DNA of 32,300 nucleotides. It comes from Candidatus Woesearchaeota archaeon (lineage in GTDB: Archaea > Nanobdellota > Nanobdellia > Woesearchaeales > ARS49). The notes below the pieces were generated by a model. It saw only the letters and a list, made by a program, of their open reading frames with translations. It was not told the origin of the DNA and made no database searches. The stretch's first letter is position 1, and the number at the start of each line of letters is the position of its first letter. Shown here piece after piece: positions 17,100-25,908 of the stretch. A program made the translations under genes and the position numbers. Where the stretch lies: positions 1-32,300 of the forward strand of contig JAPLZR010000119.1 in NCBI GenBank assembly GCA_026394935.1. The letters run 5' to 3'.

Positions 17100-20095
17100 C
17101 AGAAATCCCTCAATGGAGCCTTGTATGACTCCAACAACGTTCCAACATCAGCATCAACAATTGTCCTGCCATTATGCTGGACAACAAACCTGTTGTCGTC
17201 TCTCACAGTTCCAACCTGAGCAAACGTGCGACCATTCATCAATTCCTCAAACCTCTCCCTGCTCTCAGGAGCAACAGTCACAACACACCTGCCCTGACTC
17301 TCCGAAAACAAACCATAATCCTCCCTGCTCCATTTCCCAGGAAGCTCGTCAATAGAAACATCCATTCCAAGCATGCCACCCATAGCAGTCTTTGCCAAAG
17401 CAATACCCAAACCGCCAAAATCAACACTCTTCGCAGAAGCAACAAGACCCTGCTCAATACAATTCTGCAAGGAACGATACAATCTCGGATTCCTGTCAGG
17501 ATTAGAAACAGGACAATGATTGCCAACAAAAGGCTTGCCACGCTGCTGCTCGCCAACCATTTTGAAATACTCGCTGCCACCAAGCTCGTCGTGAGTATCA
17601 CCAAGAACGTAAACAAGGTCGCCGGCAACCTTTGCATCCAAGGAAACGAGATTTTTTACATCATCAACCACGCTGATAGTAGAAACTAACAACGTAGGAG
17701 GAACAGAAATCGTAACTGGCTTGCCGTTCTCATCGTAACCCTTGAAAGTGTTAAACATGCTGTCCTTACCGGAAATGGCAGGAGCATCGTGTGCAATAGC
17801 ATTGTCAGAGAAAGACATGCTTGCTGCAAACAAATCACCCAAGTTCTCTTCGGAATCACCAGGCCAGCAGAAATTATCCAGCAAAGCAAGATGGTCCAAA
17901 TTCGCGCCAAGACAAACAGCTCTTCTTACGGCGGTATCTACGGCGCAGGCTGACATGTGATACGTATTAATATCACTGTAAGACGGGCAAATACCCTGAG
18001 AAAGAACAACAGCCTTCCTTGAAGAAAGAACAGGACGGAAAGCAGAAGCATCAGCATAAACACGACCACGACCCTGCAAAGGCTTCAAAGCACTACCACC
18101 CTGAACCTCATGGTCATACTGCTGAGCAATAAACTCCTTACTGCAAATGTTCAAACGACCAAGCAGAGAATGCAAAGCATCAGTCAAATTGTCAATAGAA
18201 AACTCAGGCTCCTCATGCTTGACAGCTTTCCTTTCACCAAACAATTCACGCTCAGGCACACCATCATGCAGGAAGTCAAGGTCAACGTCCATAACATTCT
18301 TGCCATTATAATCAACAACACATTTTTTGGAATCAGTAAACTCGCCAATAATCGTGGCTTCAACATCACGAGACTTCATCAAAGCAGAGAATTCCTTCCA
18401 CTTGTCCTTAGGCACAGACAAAGTCATACGCTCCTGGCTCTCACTAATCCAAATCTGCCAAGGAGACATACCAAGATATTTGATTGGAGCCTTGTCCAAG
18501 TCAACATGACAGCCACCACACTCTTTTGCCATCTCAGCAACAGAACACGACAAGCCGCCAGCACCATTATCAGTAATACTGGAATACAAATTGCGAGGCT
18601 TTGCCTCAAAAATAATAGCATCGTGCATCTTCTTCTGAGTAATCGGGTCACCAATCTGAACAGCAGTAGCAGGACTGCCAGCATCCATTGCCTCAGAGGA
18701 AAACGTGGCACCGTGAATGCCATCCAAACCAATCCTACCACCAACCATCACAATATAATCGCCAGGCTGAGCTGCTTTCTCCTTCTCATCAGCAACTATT
18801 TCCTCCAAACCAACAGTGCCAACATAAACCAAAGGCTTACCACGATAACGAGGGTCAAAAACAGCAAAACCCAACTCAGTAGGAATACCAGAACAATTAC
18901 TGCCAACATTCACACCATCAATCACACCAAGACCAATCCTTTTTGAAGAAAGCATTTCCTGAGTGAAATTAGGACCCTTAAACAGCTTGCTTTTATCCCT
19001 CGGGTCACCAAGACAATAACCATAAACATTCGCAACACACTTGTGGCCTTTACGAGTACCCATCGGGTCACGATTCACACCAACAATACCAGTAATCGCG
19101 CCACCAAACGGGTCCAAAGCAGAAGGACTATTGTGCGTTTCTACCTTATAAGAAATGTAATGCTTCTCATCAAACGCGATAACTCCTGCATTATCGGAGA
19201 ACAAAGAAACACAGAAATCCTTGGCGCCCTTCCTTCTCCTAATCTCTTCAGTAGAACCCTTAATGAACCTCTTGAAAATACCCTCTGTGACTTTCTCAAC
19301 GTGCCCAGGACCATAAGTCATCGTAATCGGATTGGAAAAAATAGTGTGCTTGCAATGTTCAGACCAAGTTTGGGCCAGAGATTCAAGCTCAACATCAGTA
19401 GGATTGCGACCTTTCTCCTTGAAATAAACCTGAACTGCCTTCATGGACGCCAAACTCATAGAAAGAGGACCATTTCTTGAACCACTAGCATTAGCAATAC
19501 CTTTCTTGCCAATAGTCTCTAATTCCTTATCCTCAGAATTCAAAAGGTCAACCAGGCCAGCAGTTGGCGGTTCGTGAAGATCAACAGAGGGATACTTTGT
19601 ATTCATGCCCTTGTCTTTAAAATACTGGTCGCGAGACTTAATCTTCACACGCTCGATAATGGGATTGTACAAACCGCCTGCAAGTTTTTCAACATCCTCT
19701 TCAGACAAGTTTCCTGAAAGGAACATCACCTTAGAAGAACTGGCAGGAATTTCCTGACCAAGCGAAGCCTCAATACCCTCGCTAACAGTGTGCCCGACAT
19801 TATCAGTCACGCCAGGCTGAGGACCAATCTCAACAACCCAAGAGAAATCTGTTGGAACAATAATCTCTCCCTTTTTTTCAGGTATGTGCGGTCTGTTAAC
19901 GAGAGCATCCTGAACAACAGGATTCCTCAAACCCTCAGCAACACTTCCCAACTGCTCAGAAGGAAGCTCAGCATACAATGTGTAGGCATCAACAAGCACA
20001 ACATCTTTTACATCAAAGCCGGCTTCACGAAGACTCTTAGCCCTAACCTCAGCACGAGAATCTTCTACCTTTGAAACGACTTCAATGCGAGACAT
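17099..20095 (-). CDS. purL: FGAM synthase synthetase subunit, ~1000-aa form with a PurS-like N-terminal extension
   Basis: QTWSEHCKH, DNAGV, ETHNSPSALDPFGGA, DGIHGATFSS, VQIGDP, DNGAGGL, SESQERM, QYDHEVQG, LDNFCW, ISGKDS and LFSESQGR motifs. Confidence 0.96.
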   Translation of the reverse strand: MSRIEVVSKVEDSRAEVRAKSLREAGFDVKDVVLVDAYTLYAELPSEQLGSVAEGLRNPVVQDALVNRPHIPEKKGEIIVPTDFSWVVEIGPQPGVTDNVGHTVSEGIEASLGQEIPASSSKVMFLSGNLSEEDVEKLAGGLYNPIIERVKIKSRDQYFKDKGMNTKYPSVDLHEPPTAGLVDLLNSEDKELETIGKKGIANASGSRNGPLSMSLASMKAVQVYFKEKGRNPTDVELESLAQTWSEHCKHTIFSNPITMTYGPGHVEKVTEGIFKRFIKGSTEEIRRRKGAKDFCVSLFSDNAGVIAFDEKHYISYKVETHNSPSALDPFGGAITGIVGVNRDPMGTRKGHKCVANVYGYCLGDPRDKSKLFKGPNFTQEMLSSKRIGLGVIDGVNVGSNCSGIPTELGFAVFDPRYRGKPLVYVGTVGLEEIVADEKEKAAQPGDYIVMVGGRIGLDGIHGATFSSEAMDAGSPATAVQIGDPITQKKMHDAIIFEAKPRNLYSSITDNGAGGLSCSVAEMAKECGGCHVDLDKAPIKYLGMSPWQIWISESQERMTLSVPKDKWKEFSALMKSRDVEATIIGEFTDSKKCVVDYNGKNVMDVDLDFLHDGVPERELFGERKAVKHEEPEFSIDNLTDALHSLLGRLNICSKEFIAQQYDHEVQGGSALKPLQGRGRVYADASAFRPVLSSRKAVVLSQGICPSYSDINTYHMSACAVDTAVRRAVCLGANLDHLALLDNFCWPGDSEENLGDLFAASMSFSDNAIAHDAPAISGKDSMFNTFKGYDENGKPVTISVPPTLLVSTISVVDDVKNLVSLDAKVAGDLVYVLGDTHDELGGSEYFKMVGEQQRGKPFVGNHCPVSNPDRNPRLYRSLQNCIEQGLVASAKSVDFGGLGIALAKTAMGGMLGMDVSIDELPGKWSREDYGLFSESQGRCVVTVAPESRERFEELMNGRTFAQVGTVRDDNRFVVQHNGRTIVDADVGTLLESYKAPLRDF

Positions 20096-20101
20096 TCATT
20101 A

Positions 20102-21943
20102 TCACGCAGTCTGCTTGTATTTCTCTCTGATAACGTTCAGCATATCTCTATACTGCATGGCTGCCTTTGCAGGGTCATTAGCGTTAAGAACAGCTCTGCC
20201 AACGTTCACAATCACGTTGCTACCAAAAATCTTAATGACATTATCTGCATCACCGCCCTGAGCGCCAACACCAGGCATCAGGACGAGCGTATTATCGCCG
20301 ACATAAGACTTGATACACGCGACCTCGTCCAAAGTAACGTGGTTTCCAGGGCTTGGAGCGCCAATAACGACGCCATCCCACTTGTAAGCAGCGGCTGCAC
20401 GAGCCAGCTGAACATACTGCGGAACATATTTGCGATGTCCAAGCTTAGGATGCTCCATCTCAACGATATCATCAATATGGTAATCTCCAGGATTTTCTGT
20501 AACATCAGCCAGCTTCATCTTCTCTGTCTTATGTTGCGGATTACTCATAATGCACATACCAATAATTCCCTCACCACGATTATGAGCCATCGTTGCAGCT
20601 TCCTCAAAGTTGCCAGGGAACGGCGAATACGTTACAGCATCAAAGCCAAAGTTCTCAGCGTGATACAATCCAGAGTCATTCGTGTTTCCAATATCAACAA
20701 GCTTCCTATCCCAAATAGCAACCGAACCATGCTTGTGAATCCTGTCAACAATCTTCGTTTTATCCTCTCCGGACAAGTTCTCAAAGAAATTGCCGTTAGG
20801 CTTAACAGCAGCAGCGTAAGGAGCAACTTTATCGATGAAATCAAGACACCACTGCAGTTTATCAGCGCCTTCTGGCAACGTATTCTCAGTGCCCTGCCAG
20901 TACTCGGCCGGGTCCAAGCCAGCGCACAAAATAGACTTCTTTTGTCTGACAGCATCTCTCCATTTCTCTGACAAAGTAGTCTTATACAATGTTCTTCCAT
21001 CTCTTATCTCGCAAATCGAAAGACCATAATGAGTTTTTACGACTTCGTCAAGAGCGTTAAATTTGTTAACATCAACAAGATGCTTTCCATAACGTTCAAC
21101 AAACCTCTTAGCACGGTCCTGCTTGCCACCGCTCGGATCGAAAAATCTGGCAAACATTTTTGCACCACGCTTTCTAAGGAAATTCTTGCCCCACTTTTCA
21201 GGGTCACGGAAGTAACGAACAGCCTCAGGATTTTGGGAATGCTCTCTCAAAAACTCCTCATCAATGCCGACCATAGGGTGAACTTTAACGCCAACATTCG
21301 CAAGATTCTGCTCACCATTCTGATAACGCGTAACAACAGCAACAAGGTCAGTTGTATCGACTCCCAAATTTCTCAGCATAGGAATCCAACCAGTCTCACG
21401 ACCATCAGCTTCCTTGTGATAACAGCTCGAACCCTCTGTAATCAAGTCAACTATGTGCAAATTAGCAAAAGGTCCTTCAGCGCTCCTAAAAAAATTGGGA
21501 ATAGGCGTGCCGTCTGACTTATGAACCTCAACACGGTCAGGCTGGCCAGCAACCTGCTTGTAAAGAGAAATATGAGGCAATTTCAGCAAATGAGCCACAG
21601 GCGCTGAGAAAAGCCAATCCCTTGTCTGACCGCCAGAAATTGTGCTCTGACCTTTCCTAGGCGAAAGACTAAATGGCTCCTTAGGCAAAATACGCGATGC
21701 TTCTTCAGCAAGAATCTCAATAATCTTTCTGAAATCAGGATTTTTGTCCATCATACTAACAGCATGATGCCACATACCTCCTGCATTTTCACCATAATCC
21801 TTGAAAGAACCGCCATCACCAACAACTTTCTCACTATTACAATAATAGATGCCAAGTTCTCCAGAAGCCAAAAGAGTAGGATCCACATCCTGGAATCCGG
21901 TTGTCTTAACCAATTGTTCTGCAATAAACTGATTACCCGCCAT
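20102..21943 (-). CDS. pyrF: Fusion of a divergent orotate phosphoribosyltransferase-like domain (N) and OMP decarboxylase (C); UMP-synthase-like
   Basis: N-half: LASGELGIYYCN, ISGGQTRDWLFS, HIVDLITEGSS and VAVVTR. C-half: LCAGLDP, AVKPN, DRKLVDIGNT, DAVTYSPF, MSNP, GVVIGA, LMPGVGAQGG and VNVGRA. Confidence 0.85.
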   Translation of the reverse strand: MAGNQFIAEQLVKTTGFQDVDPTLLASGELGIYYCNSEKVVGDGGSFKDYGENAGGMWHHAVSMMDKNPDFRKIIEILAEEASRILPKEPFSLSPRKGQSTISGGQTRDWLFSAPVAHLLKLPHISLYKQVAGQPDRVEVHKSDGTPIPNFFRSAEGPFANLHIVDLITEGSSCYHKEADGRETGWIPMLRNLGVDTTDLVAVVTRYQNGEQNLANVGVKVHPMVGIDEEFLREHSQNPEAVRYFRDPEKWGKNFLRKRGAKMFARFFDPSGGKQDRAKRFVERYGKHLVDVNKFNALDEVVKTHYGLSICEIRDGRTLYKTTLSEKWRDAVRQKKSILCAGLDPAEYWQGTENTLPEGADKLQWCLDFIDKVAPYAAAVKPNGNFFENLSGEDKTKIVDRIHKHGSVAIWDRKLVDIGNTNDSGLYHAENFGFDAVTYSPFPGNFEEAATMAHNRGEGIIGMCIMSNPQHKTEKMKLADVTENPGDYHIDDIVEMEHPKLGHRKYVPQYVQLARAAAAYKWDGVVIGAPSPGNHVTLDEVACIKSYVGDNTLVLMPGVGAQGGDADNVIKIFGSNVIVNVGRAVLNANDPAKAAMQYRDMLNVIREKYKQTA

Positions 21944-21947
21944 AAAA

Positions 21948-21997
21948 ACACCTCCCTACTGTTGCACTGCAAGACTTATATCCATTTATAAAAAAAT
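21948..21997 (-). promoter_or_regulatory. TATA box and RBS of the nucleotide-biosynthesis operon
   Basis: Minus-strand TTTTTTTATAAA lies ~42-53 nt upstream of ATG 21943, and GGGAGGTG precedes the ATG by ~5 nt. Confidence 0.6.
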
Positions 21998-22001
21998 CTA
22001 T

Positions 22002-22234
22002 GGCAGAATATGGGTATTGAAATATAGAGAAGTTCGAATATCTATCAGAAAAGAGTCAAACGATACAGTCATTTTCACGTGCGCAGCTGCTCATATCACT
22101 AAAATCTATCAGAATGCGACCAACTCAAAGCAACAAATGAGGATTTGAACAACAAAATAAACATAGTCAATGCGGAAATTGAAAGCCTGAAAGCACAAAT
22201 CAAACAATTGAAACATAACTACCACAATATTTAA
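22002..22234 (+). pseudogene. Frameshifted remnant paralogous to the C-terminus of the next gene
   Basis: ...DTVIFTCAAA (frame of 22062) then LSECDQLKATNEDLNNKINIVNAEIESLKAQIKQLK (frame of 22106) parallels HTLRFTCAP...ISDCEQLQKQNADLKAKITATQQEISNLQTQI in 22277-22744. Confidence 0.6.
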
Positions 22235-22276
22235 ATATACACAATAGTATATTGGTATAATAATTTAAAAGGTGAT

Positions 22277-22744
22277 ATGATGGCTAAGAAAACCGGATAT
22301 GGAATATATATCGTTGTAGGTATTGTTATCATTTTTGTTGCCGCACTAGTATATTATAGTGGAGGGAATGTCGGTCAAGCTGTTTTTAATGAAAACCAAA
22401 AAATAACCTGTTATTTTGACGGAGCAACAACAGAACAATGGTGCAAGGATACAAAATGGGCAAGACAGTGTTCTGGCATTGGAAGCTGTTCTTTCAGCAT
22501 TAATAAGCCTCGCAATTCAAAATACAATGTTGTAAGTTCCTGTCCTGGTTCATACGCTATTACACTTAACCAGGAACCACACACGCTGCGCTTTACCTGC
22601 GCACCAACCGCACCTGTGAAGATAGAACCAATCATATCAGACTGCGAGCAGTTACAGAAACAAAACGCGGATTTGAAGGCAAAGATAACAGCAACACAGC
22701 AGGAGATCAGCAATCTGCAAACACAAATCGCGAGCGTGAGGTGA
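22277..22744 (+). CDS. Membrane-anchored Cys-rich protein with a C-terminal coiled coil
   Basis: N-terminal hydrophobic helix followed by GNVGQA, seven Cys and a heptad tail; AAGGTG RBS. Confidence 0.8.
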   Translation: MMAKKTGYGIYIVVGIVIIFVAALVYYSGGNVGQAVFNENQKITCYFDGATTEQWCKDTKWARQCSGIGSCSFSINKPRNSKYNVVSSCPGSYAITLNQEPHTLRFTCAPTAPVKIEPIISDCEQLQKQNADLKAKITATQQEISNLQTQIASVR

Positions 22745-22749
22745 TTCCA

Positions 22750-24525
22750 ATGAAAAAACTACTATTAATACTCGGACTGGCATTATTGTTAGCGGCAACA
22801 GCGGTGAGCGCGCAGGAATGGAAAAACAGACTGACAGAAGTTCAACAGTGCAATCAAGGCACACCAATGACAATTTTCCCAACTCATTATATCGGCACCT
22901 GTGCCGGATTAGACCAATACGATTCTCGACTCGGATATTTGCTAACTGAGTCGTACTTGCAAAGCAACAACATGCTGGGTTCAGCGTACAAAATTGATCA
23001 GTGCGGTCAGAATATACTAACGGGAAGAACTCCGAATGAATGGGGCTGGATAACGTACCGTCTTGATCCGTGCCCGGCAGGTTGGAAGGACAGCACCCAA
23101 TTTAAAGGCTACTCATTAAAACAACAAGCCCCAGGAACAAAAGAAGTCTTCCTGTGTACAAACAACCAAGATCCTTTCAGGATTTATTCTCTATCCACAG
23201 ACCCGAACTGCAGAAGCGGTCAGAGAGCAGGCTATACAAAAGTAGCTTCACTCGGATTCTGGCCACAAAGCACAGATTTTGTGTTACAGCCGCCACAACA
23301 ACCATCGGCACCAGCAGAACAACAAGTATGCTGCCTGGTTACAAGAACAAGAGACGATGGAAGAATAACGCGCGAATCAGGAGTGCAGAAAGAAAGCCAA
23401 TGTGACGCATACAAAACAAAAACAGGATACACAATTGAAAAGCTCGCTTCAGCAAAATGCGATGAAGAAGTATGCTGTGAAGCCGAAGGAAGAAGAGACA
23501 GACAACAATTCAGAGACTGCTATAAAAGAAATGGAGTGGGCGTGAATGTACCGCTAGCTGAGTGCAAAGGAGCAGTTCCACCACCAACACAGCCACCAGC
23601 AGTAATACTGCCACCATCAGTCTGTTCAGTAACAAAAGCAGACAATGCAGCATTACTCGCAACACTAACTGAATTAGAACGAGAAAGAGATAGTTATGCA
23701 AAGAAAGAAGTCTGCTGTGTAATAGAAAATGACAGAGGAGACGGAAAGGCAGATAAAACAACGCTCGAAAAATGCAACAAAAACTTACAAGAAAAAGGAA
23801 TCAAGTTGATCAGACTAGCACCCCCGGACATGTGCGAAGCAAAAGTATGCTGCATGCTCGGCACAAACGCAAAAACAGCACCTTTCAGGGAATGCATCAA
23901 AAACAAAGGAGCAGAGGTTGAAGGCGCAAAATGCGCACCATCAGTCTGCGGAAATGGCATCATCGAACCACTTGAAGCCTGCGAAGCAGACAAGGATTGC
24001 GGTATAAGCATGAATTGCGTCAACTGCCAATGCGCGAAAATAAGTGTTGCAGCACCGTCAACACCTTACACTACAAGCGACCTAGTGCGCCTTGGAATGT
24101 GCCATCCACAAGGAAGAATTGACAGAATATATTTCGACTACGGAGGAAACTGCGCAGGCGGTATCGTAGACCCTGTCGAACCAACATTCTACCTGTTAAA
24201 ATACCCAAGAGACGAACAAGGAAGAGGACCAGCAAACTCAGCAGCAACACAAACAGTAACACTGTGCTCATCAGACGCAGAACAAAAATTGATGATTGGA
24301 GAAGAATGCCCGACAGGAATGACGCCGATACAATACCTCGGACTGTCTTATACAACCCGAGCAGAAGGCACGACCCAATCATACAACTGCGAAGGACGGA
24401 AACTGTTAGGCGATACGTGGAGCTACGGAATAGCAGCCTCTCTATCGCAAAACTGCCGCGCAGACACCACTTATAGAACAAACTTCAGAAACGCAGGCTC
24501 TCTAGGCTTCTGGCCTACGCCTTAA
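22750..24525 (+). CDS. Large secreted Cys-rich modular protein
   Basis: GAGGTG RBS then MKKLLL... signal peptide. Related N- and C-terminal domains both end SLGFWP. There are four VCC repeats and a CGNGIIE..E.C Cys-rich motif. Confidence 0.85.
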   Translation: MKKLLLILGLALLLAATAVSAQEWKNRLTEVQQCNQGTPMTIFPTHYIGTCAGLDQYDSRLGYLLTESYLQSNNMLGSAYKIDQCGQNILTGRTPNEWGWITYRLDPCPAGWKDSTQFKGYSLKQQAPGTKEVFLCTNNQDPFRIYSLSTDPNCRSGQRAGYTKVASLGFWPQSTDFVLQPPQQPSAPAEQQVCCLVTRTRDDGRITRESGVQKESQCDAYKTKTGYTIEKLASAKCDEEVCCEAEGRRDRQQFRDCYKRNGVGVNVPLAECKGAVPPPTQPPAVILPPSVCSVTKADNAALLATLTELERERDSYAKKEVCCVIENDRGDGKADKTTLEKCNKNLQEKGIKLIRLAPPDMCEAKVCCMLGTNAKTAPFRECIKNKGAEVEGAKCAPSVCGNGIIEPLEACEADKDCGISMNCVNCQCAKISVAAPSTPYTTSDLVRLGMCHPQGRIDRIYFDYGGNCAGGIVDPVEPTFYLLKYPRDEQGRGPANSAATQTVTLCSSDAEQKLMIGEECPTGMTPIQYLGLSYTTRAEGTTQSYNCEGRKLLGDTWSYGIAASLSQNCRADTTYRTNFRNAGSLGFWPTP

Positions 24526-24540
24526 TTTTTTTTTCTTTTT
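24526..24540 (+). terminator. Oligo-T tract, candidate archaeal intrinsic terminator
   Basis: T9-C-T5 lies immediately after the stop codon, although the next ATG follows directly. Confidence 0.35.
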
Positions 24541-24810
24541 ATGAACCCAACAATACTGTTCGGATTAATAGGAGCATTAGGCGGATTACTTAGAGCAGTA
24601 ATAGGCGTAAGAAAAGCACACCTCCAAAAAAGAAAGTTCGTGCTGAAATACTTCTTAATAACAGTACTAGGAGCAGCAGTAATCGGAGCAATACTCGGAA
24701 GCATAATAGGAATAAACAAAGCAGTAGCACTGTTCGCAGGATACGCAGGAACAGACTTACTTGAAGGTTTGGCAAAAAGCTTCAAGATAGCGCCAATAAG
24801 AATAGGCTGA
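24541..24810 (+). CDS. Small Gly-rich membrane protein
   Basis: 89 aa with 2-3 hydrophobic helices and A-ending codons like other + genes. Confidence 0.75.
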   Translation: MNPTILFGLIGALGGLLRAVIGVRKAHLQKRKFVLKYFLITVLGAAVIGAILGSIIGINKAVALFAGYAGTDLLEGLAKSFKIAPIRIG

Positions 24811-24815
24811 TTTCT

Positions 24816-24911
24816 AATAGTTTTGCCGCGGTCTACGACTCGCTTTCTTCTCCCCACGCTTTGCAAAGGGAGAAAAAGCAACCTGAGCTTGCTCAAACGC
24901 GGCAAATTATT
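24816..24911. other. Structured intergenic element (four-way junction); candidate ncRNA or REP/MITE-like element
   Basis: Outer stem TTTGCCGCG/CGCGGCAAA extends with AATAG/TTATT. Inner hairpins are GTC-TAC-GAC, GCTTT(C)TTCTCCC/GGGAGAAAAAGC and TGAG-CTTG-CTCA. Confidence 0.55.
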
Positions 24912-24973
24912 CGAGGTTAACGACTAATCGGTTACAAACAAAGTTTAAAGGTAACCTGCAGTTATCACACTGC

Positions 24974-25060
24974 ATGAAAAACGCAGCAATGCCAAAATGG
25001 GCTTGGGCAGTGATAGTAATCATCCTGCTTATCCTCATCTATTGGTTCTTCCTGAAATAA
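24974..25060 (+). CDS. 28-aa single-pass membrane micro-protein (absent from the ORF track)
   Basis: MKNAAMPKWAWAVIVIILLILIYWFFLK, with TTTAAA ~25 nt upstream and a T-rich tract at ~25095-25115 downstream. Confidence 0.65.
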   Translation: MKNAAMPKWAWAVIVIILLILIYWFFLK

Positions 25061-25247
25061 GAAGAAAAAGAGGCCAATAACTGAGATTTAACTAGTTTTT
25101 TTTATCTTTTTTTATTTAATTCTTCTGGGTGATTTCGCAAACTTTCCAAAATAATCGTTCATTTTCCGAAAAGATTCCTAAGCAGGCAGTAAAGCTTTCT
25201 GAAAATCATTCGATACAAATTTTAATAAGAAAAACATATTATGTGGT

Positions 25248-25658
25248 GTGACAAGATACTATCTGGATACTTCAATATGGCTCGATCATTATGAAAACAG
25301 AACCGACAGATTCAGACCGCTTGGCGAGTGGGCATTAGCACTGCTTTCGCTAATAAAAGAAAGAAAGGACACAATCCTGGTTTCAGATGTCATATTACGA
25401 GAACTTGGAACTTATTATTCTGAACTGCAAATAATGGAAATTTTTAAATCATATGCACATTTGATTGAAAACATAAAACCAACCGATAATCAAATGAAGC
25501 TCTCAAAAACAATATCATCGATAAGAAAAATACCTATGGGCGATGTTCTGCACGCGGTGCTGTCAAAAGATCAAAATGCCATCTTGGTTTCAAGAGATAA
25601 TCACTTCATGCTATTGACTGACATAAACAAGGCGCATAAACCAGAAGAATTAATCTAA
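25248..25658 (+). CDS. vapC: PIN-domain (VapC-like) ribonuclease toxin
   Basis: YYLDTSIW, ILREL, GDVLHA and LVSRDNHF supply the acidic PIN tetrad. Confidence 0.88.
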   Translation: MTRYYLDTSIWLDHYENRTDRFRPLGEWALALLSLIKERKDTILVSDVILRELGTYYSELQIMEIFKSYAHLIENIKPTDNQMKLSKTISSIRKIPMGDVLHAVLSKDQNAILVSRDNHFMLLTDINKAHKPEELI

Positions 25659-25907
25659 CCCTCTTTCTTTCATCATTTTTTGAAATACTTCCTCTCTTGC
25701 TTGATGAAGCTCTTCATCAGTCGTCTTTCTTTTTGATTTGCCCAAGAATTGATGCAGTTCTTTCCAGGATTCCGTCTTCTTAATCTCTTCTAACTTGAGC
25801 CTAAGCGCATCCCTGATAAACTCTGTTTTAGTAGTATAATTGGGATGCATAGCTTTTTCAATCTCAGCAGCCATCTCATCATTAACCTTGATTGTAATAC
25901 TTTCCAT
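25650..25907 (-). CDS. Ribbon-helix-helix protein, paralog of 12059-12316
   Basis: ITIKVNDEM..EIE..M..NYTTKTEFIRDALR; the tail GKSKRKTTDEELHQAREEVF resembles GASKKKITEEEYERAREKAF. Confidence 0.85.
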   Translation of the reverse strand: MESITIKVNDEMAAEIEKAMHPNYTTKTEFIRDALRLKLEEIKKTESWKELHQFLGKSKRKTTDEELHQAREEVFQKMMKERGLD

Positions 25908-25908
25908 C

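Noticed and set aside
21944-22000. Purine, PRPP or ZTP riboswitch ahead of the nucleotide operon
   Set aside because: The TATA box sits ~45 nt from the ATG, leaving only a ~20-nt leader. The small TTGCAGTGCAA palindrome is too short for an aptamer, though it could be an operator.
24522-24905. 127-aa minus-strand ORF
   Set aside because: It is antisense to the membrane gene 24541-24810 and runs through the structured element, with no protein-like features.
24816-24911. tRNA or tRNA half
   Set aside because: There is no TTCRA T-loop, no GG D-loop, and arm lengths do not fit.
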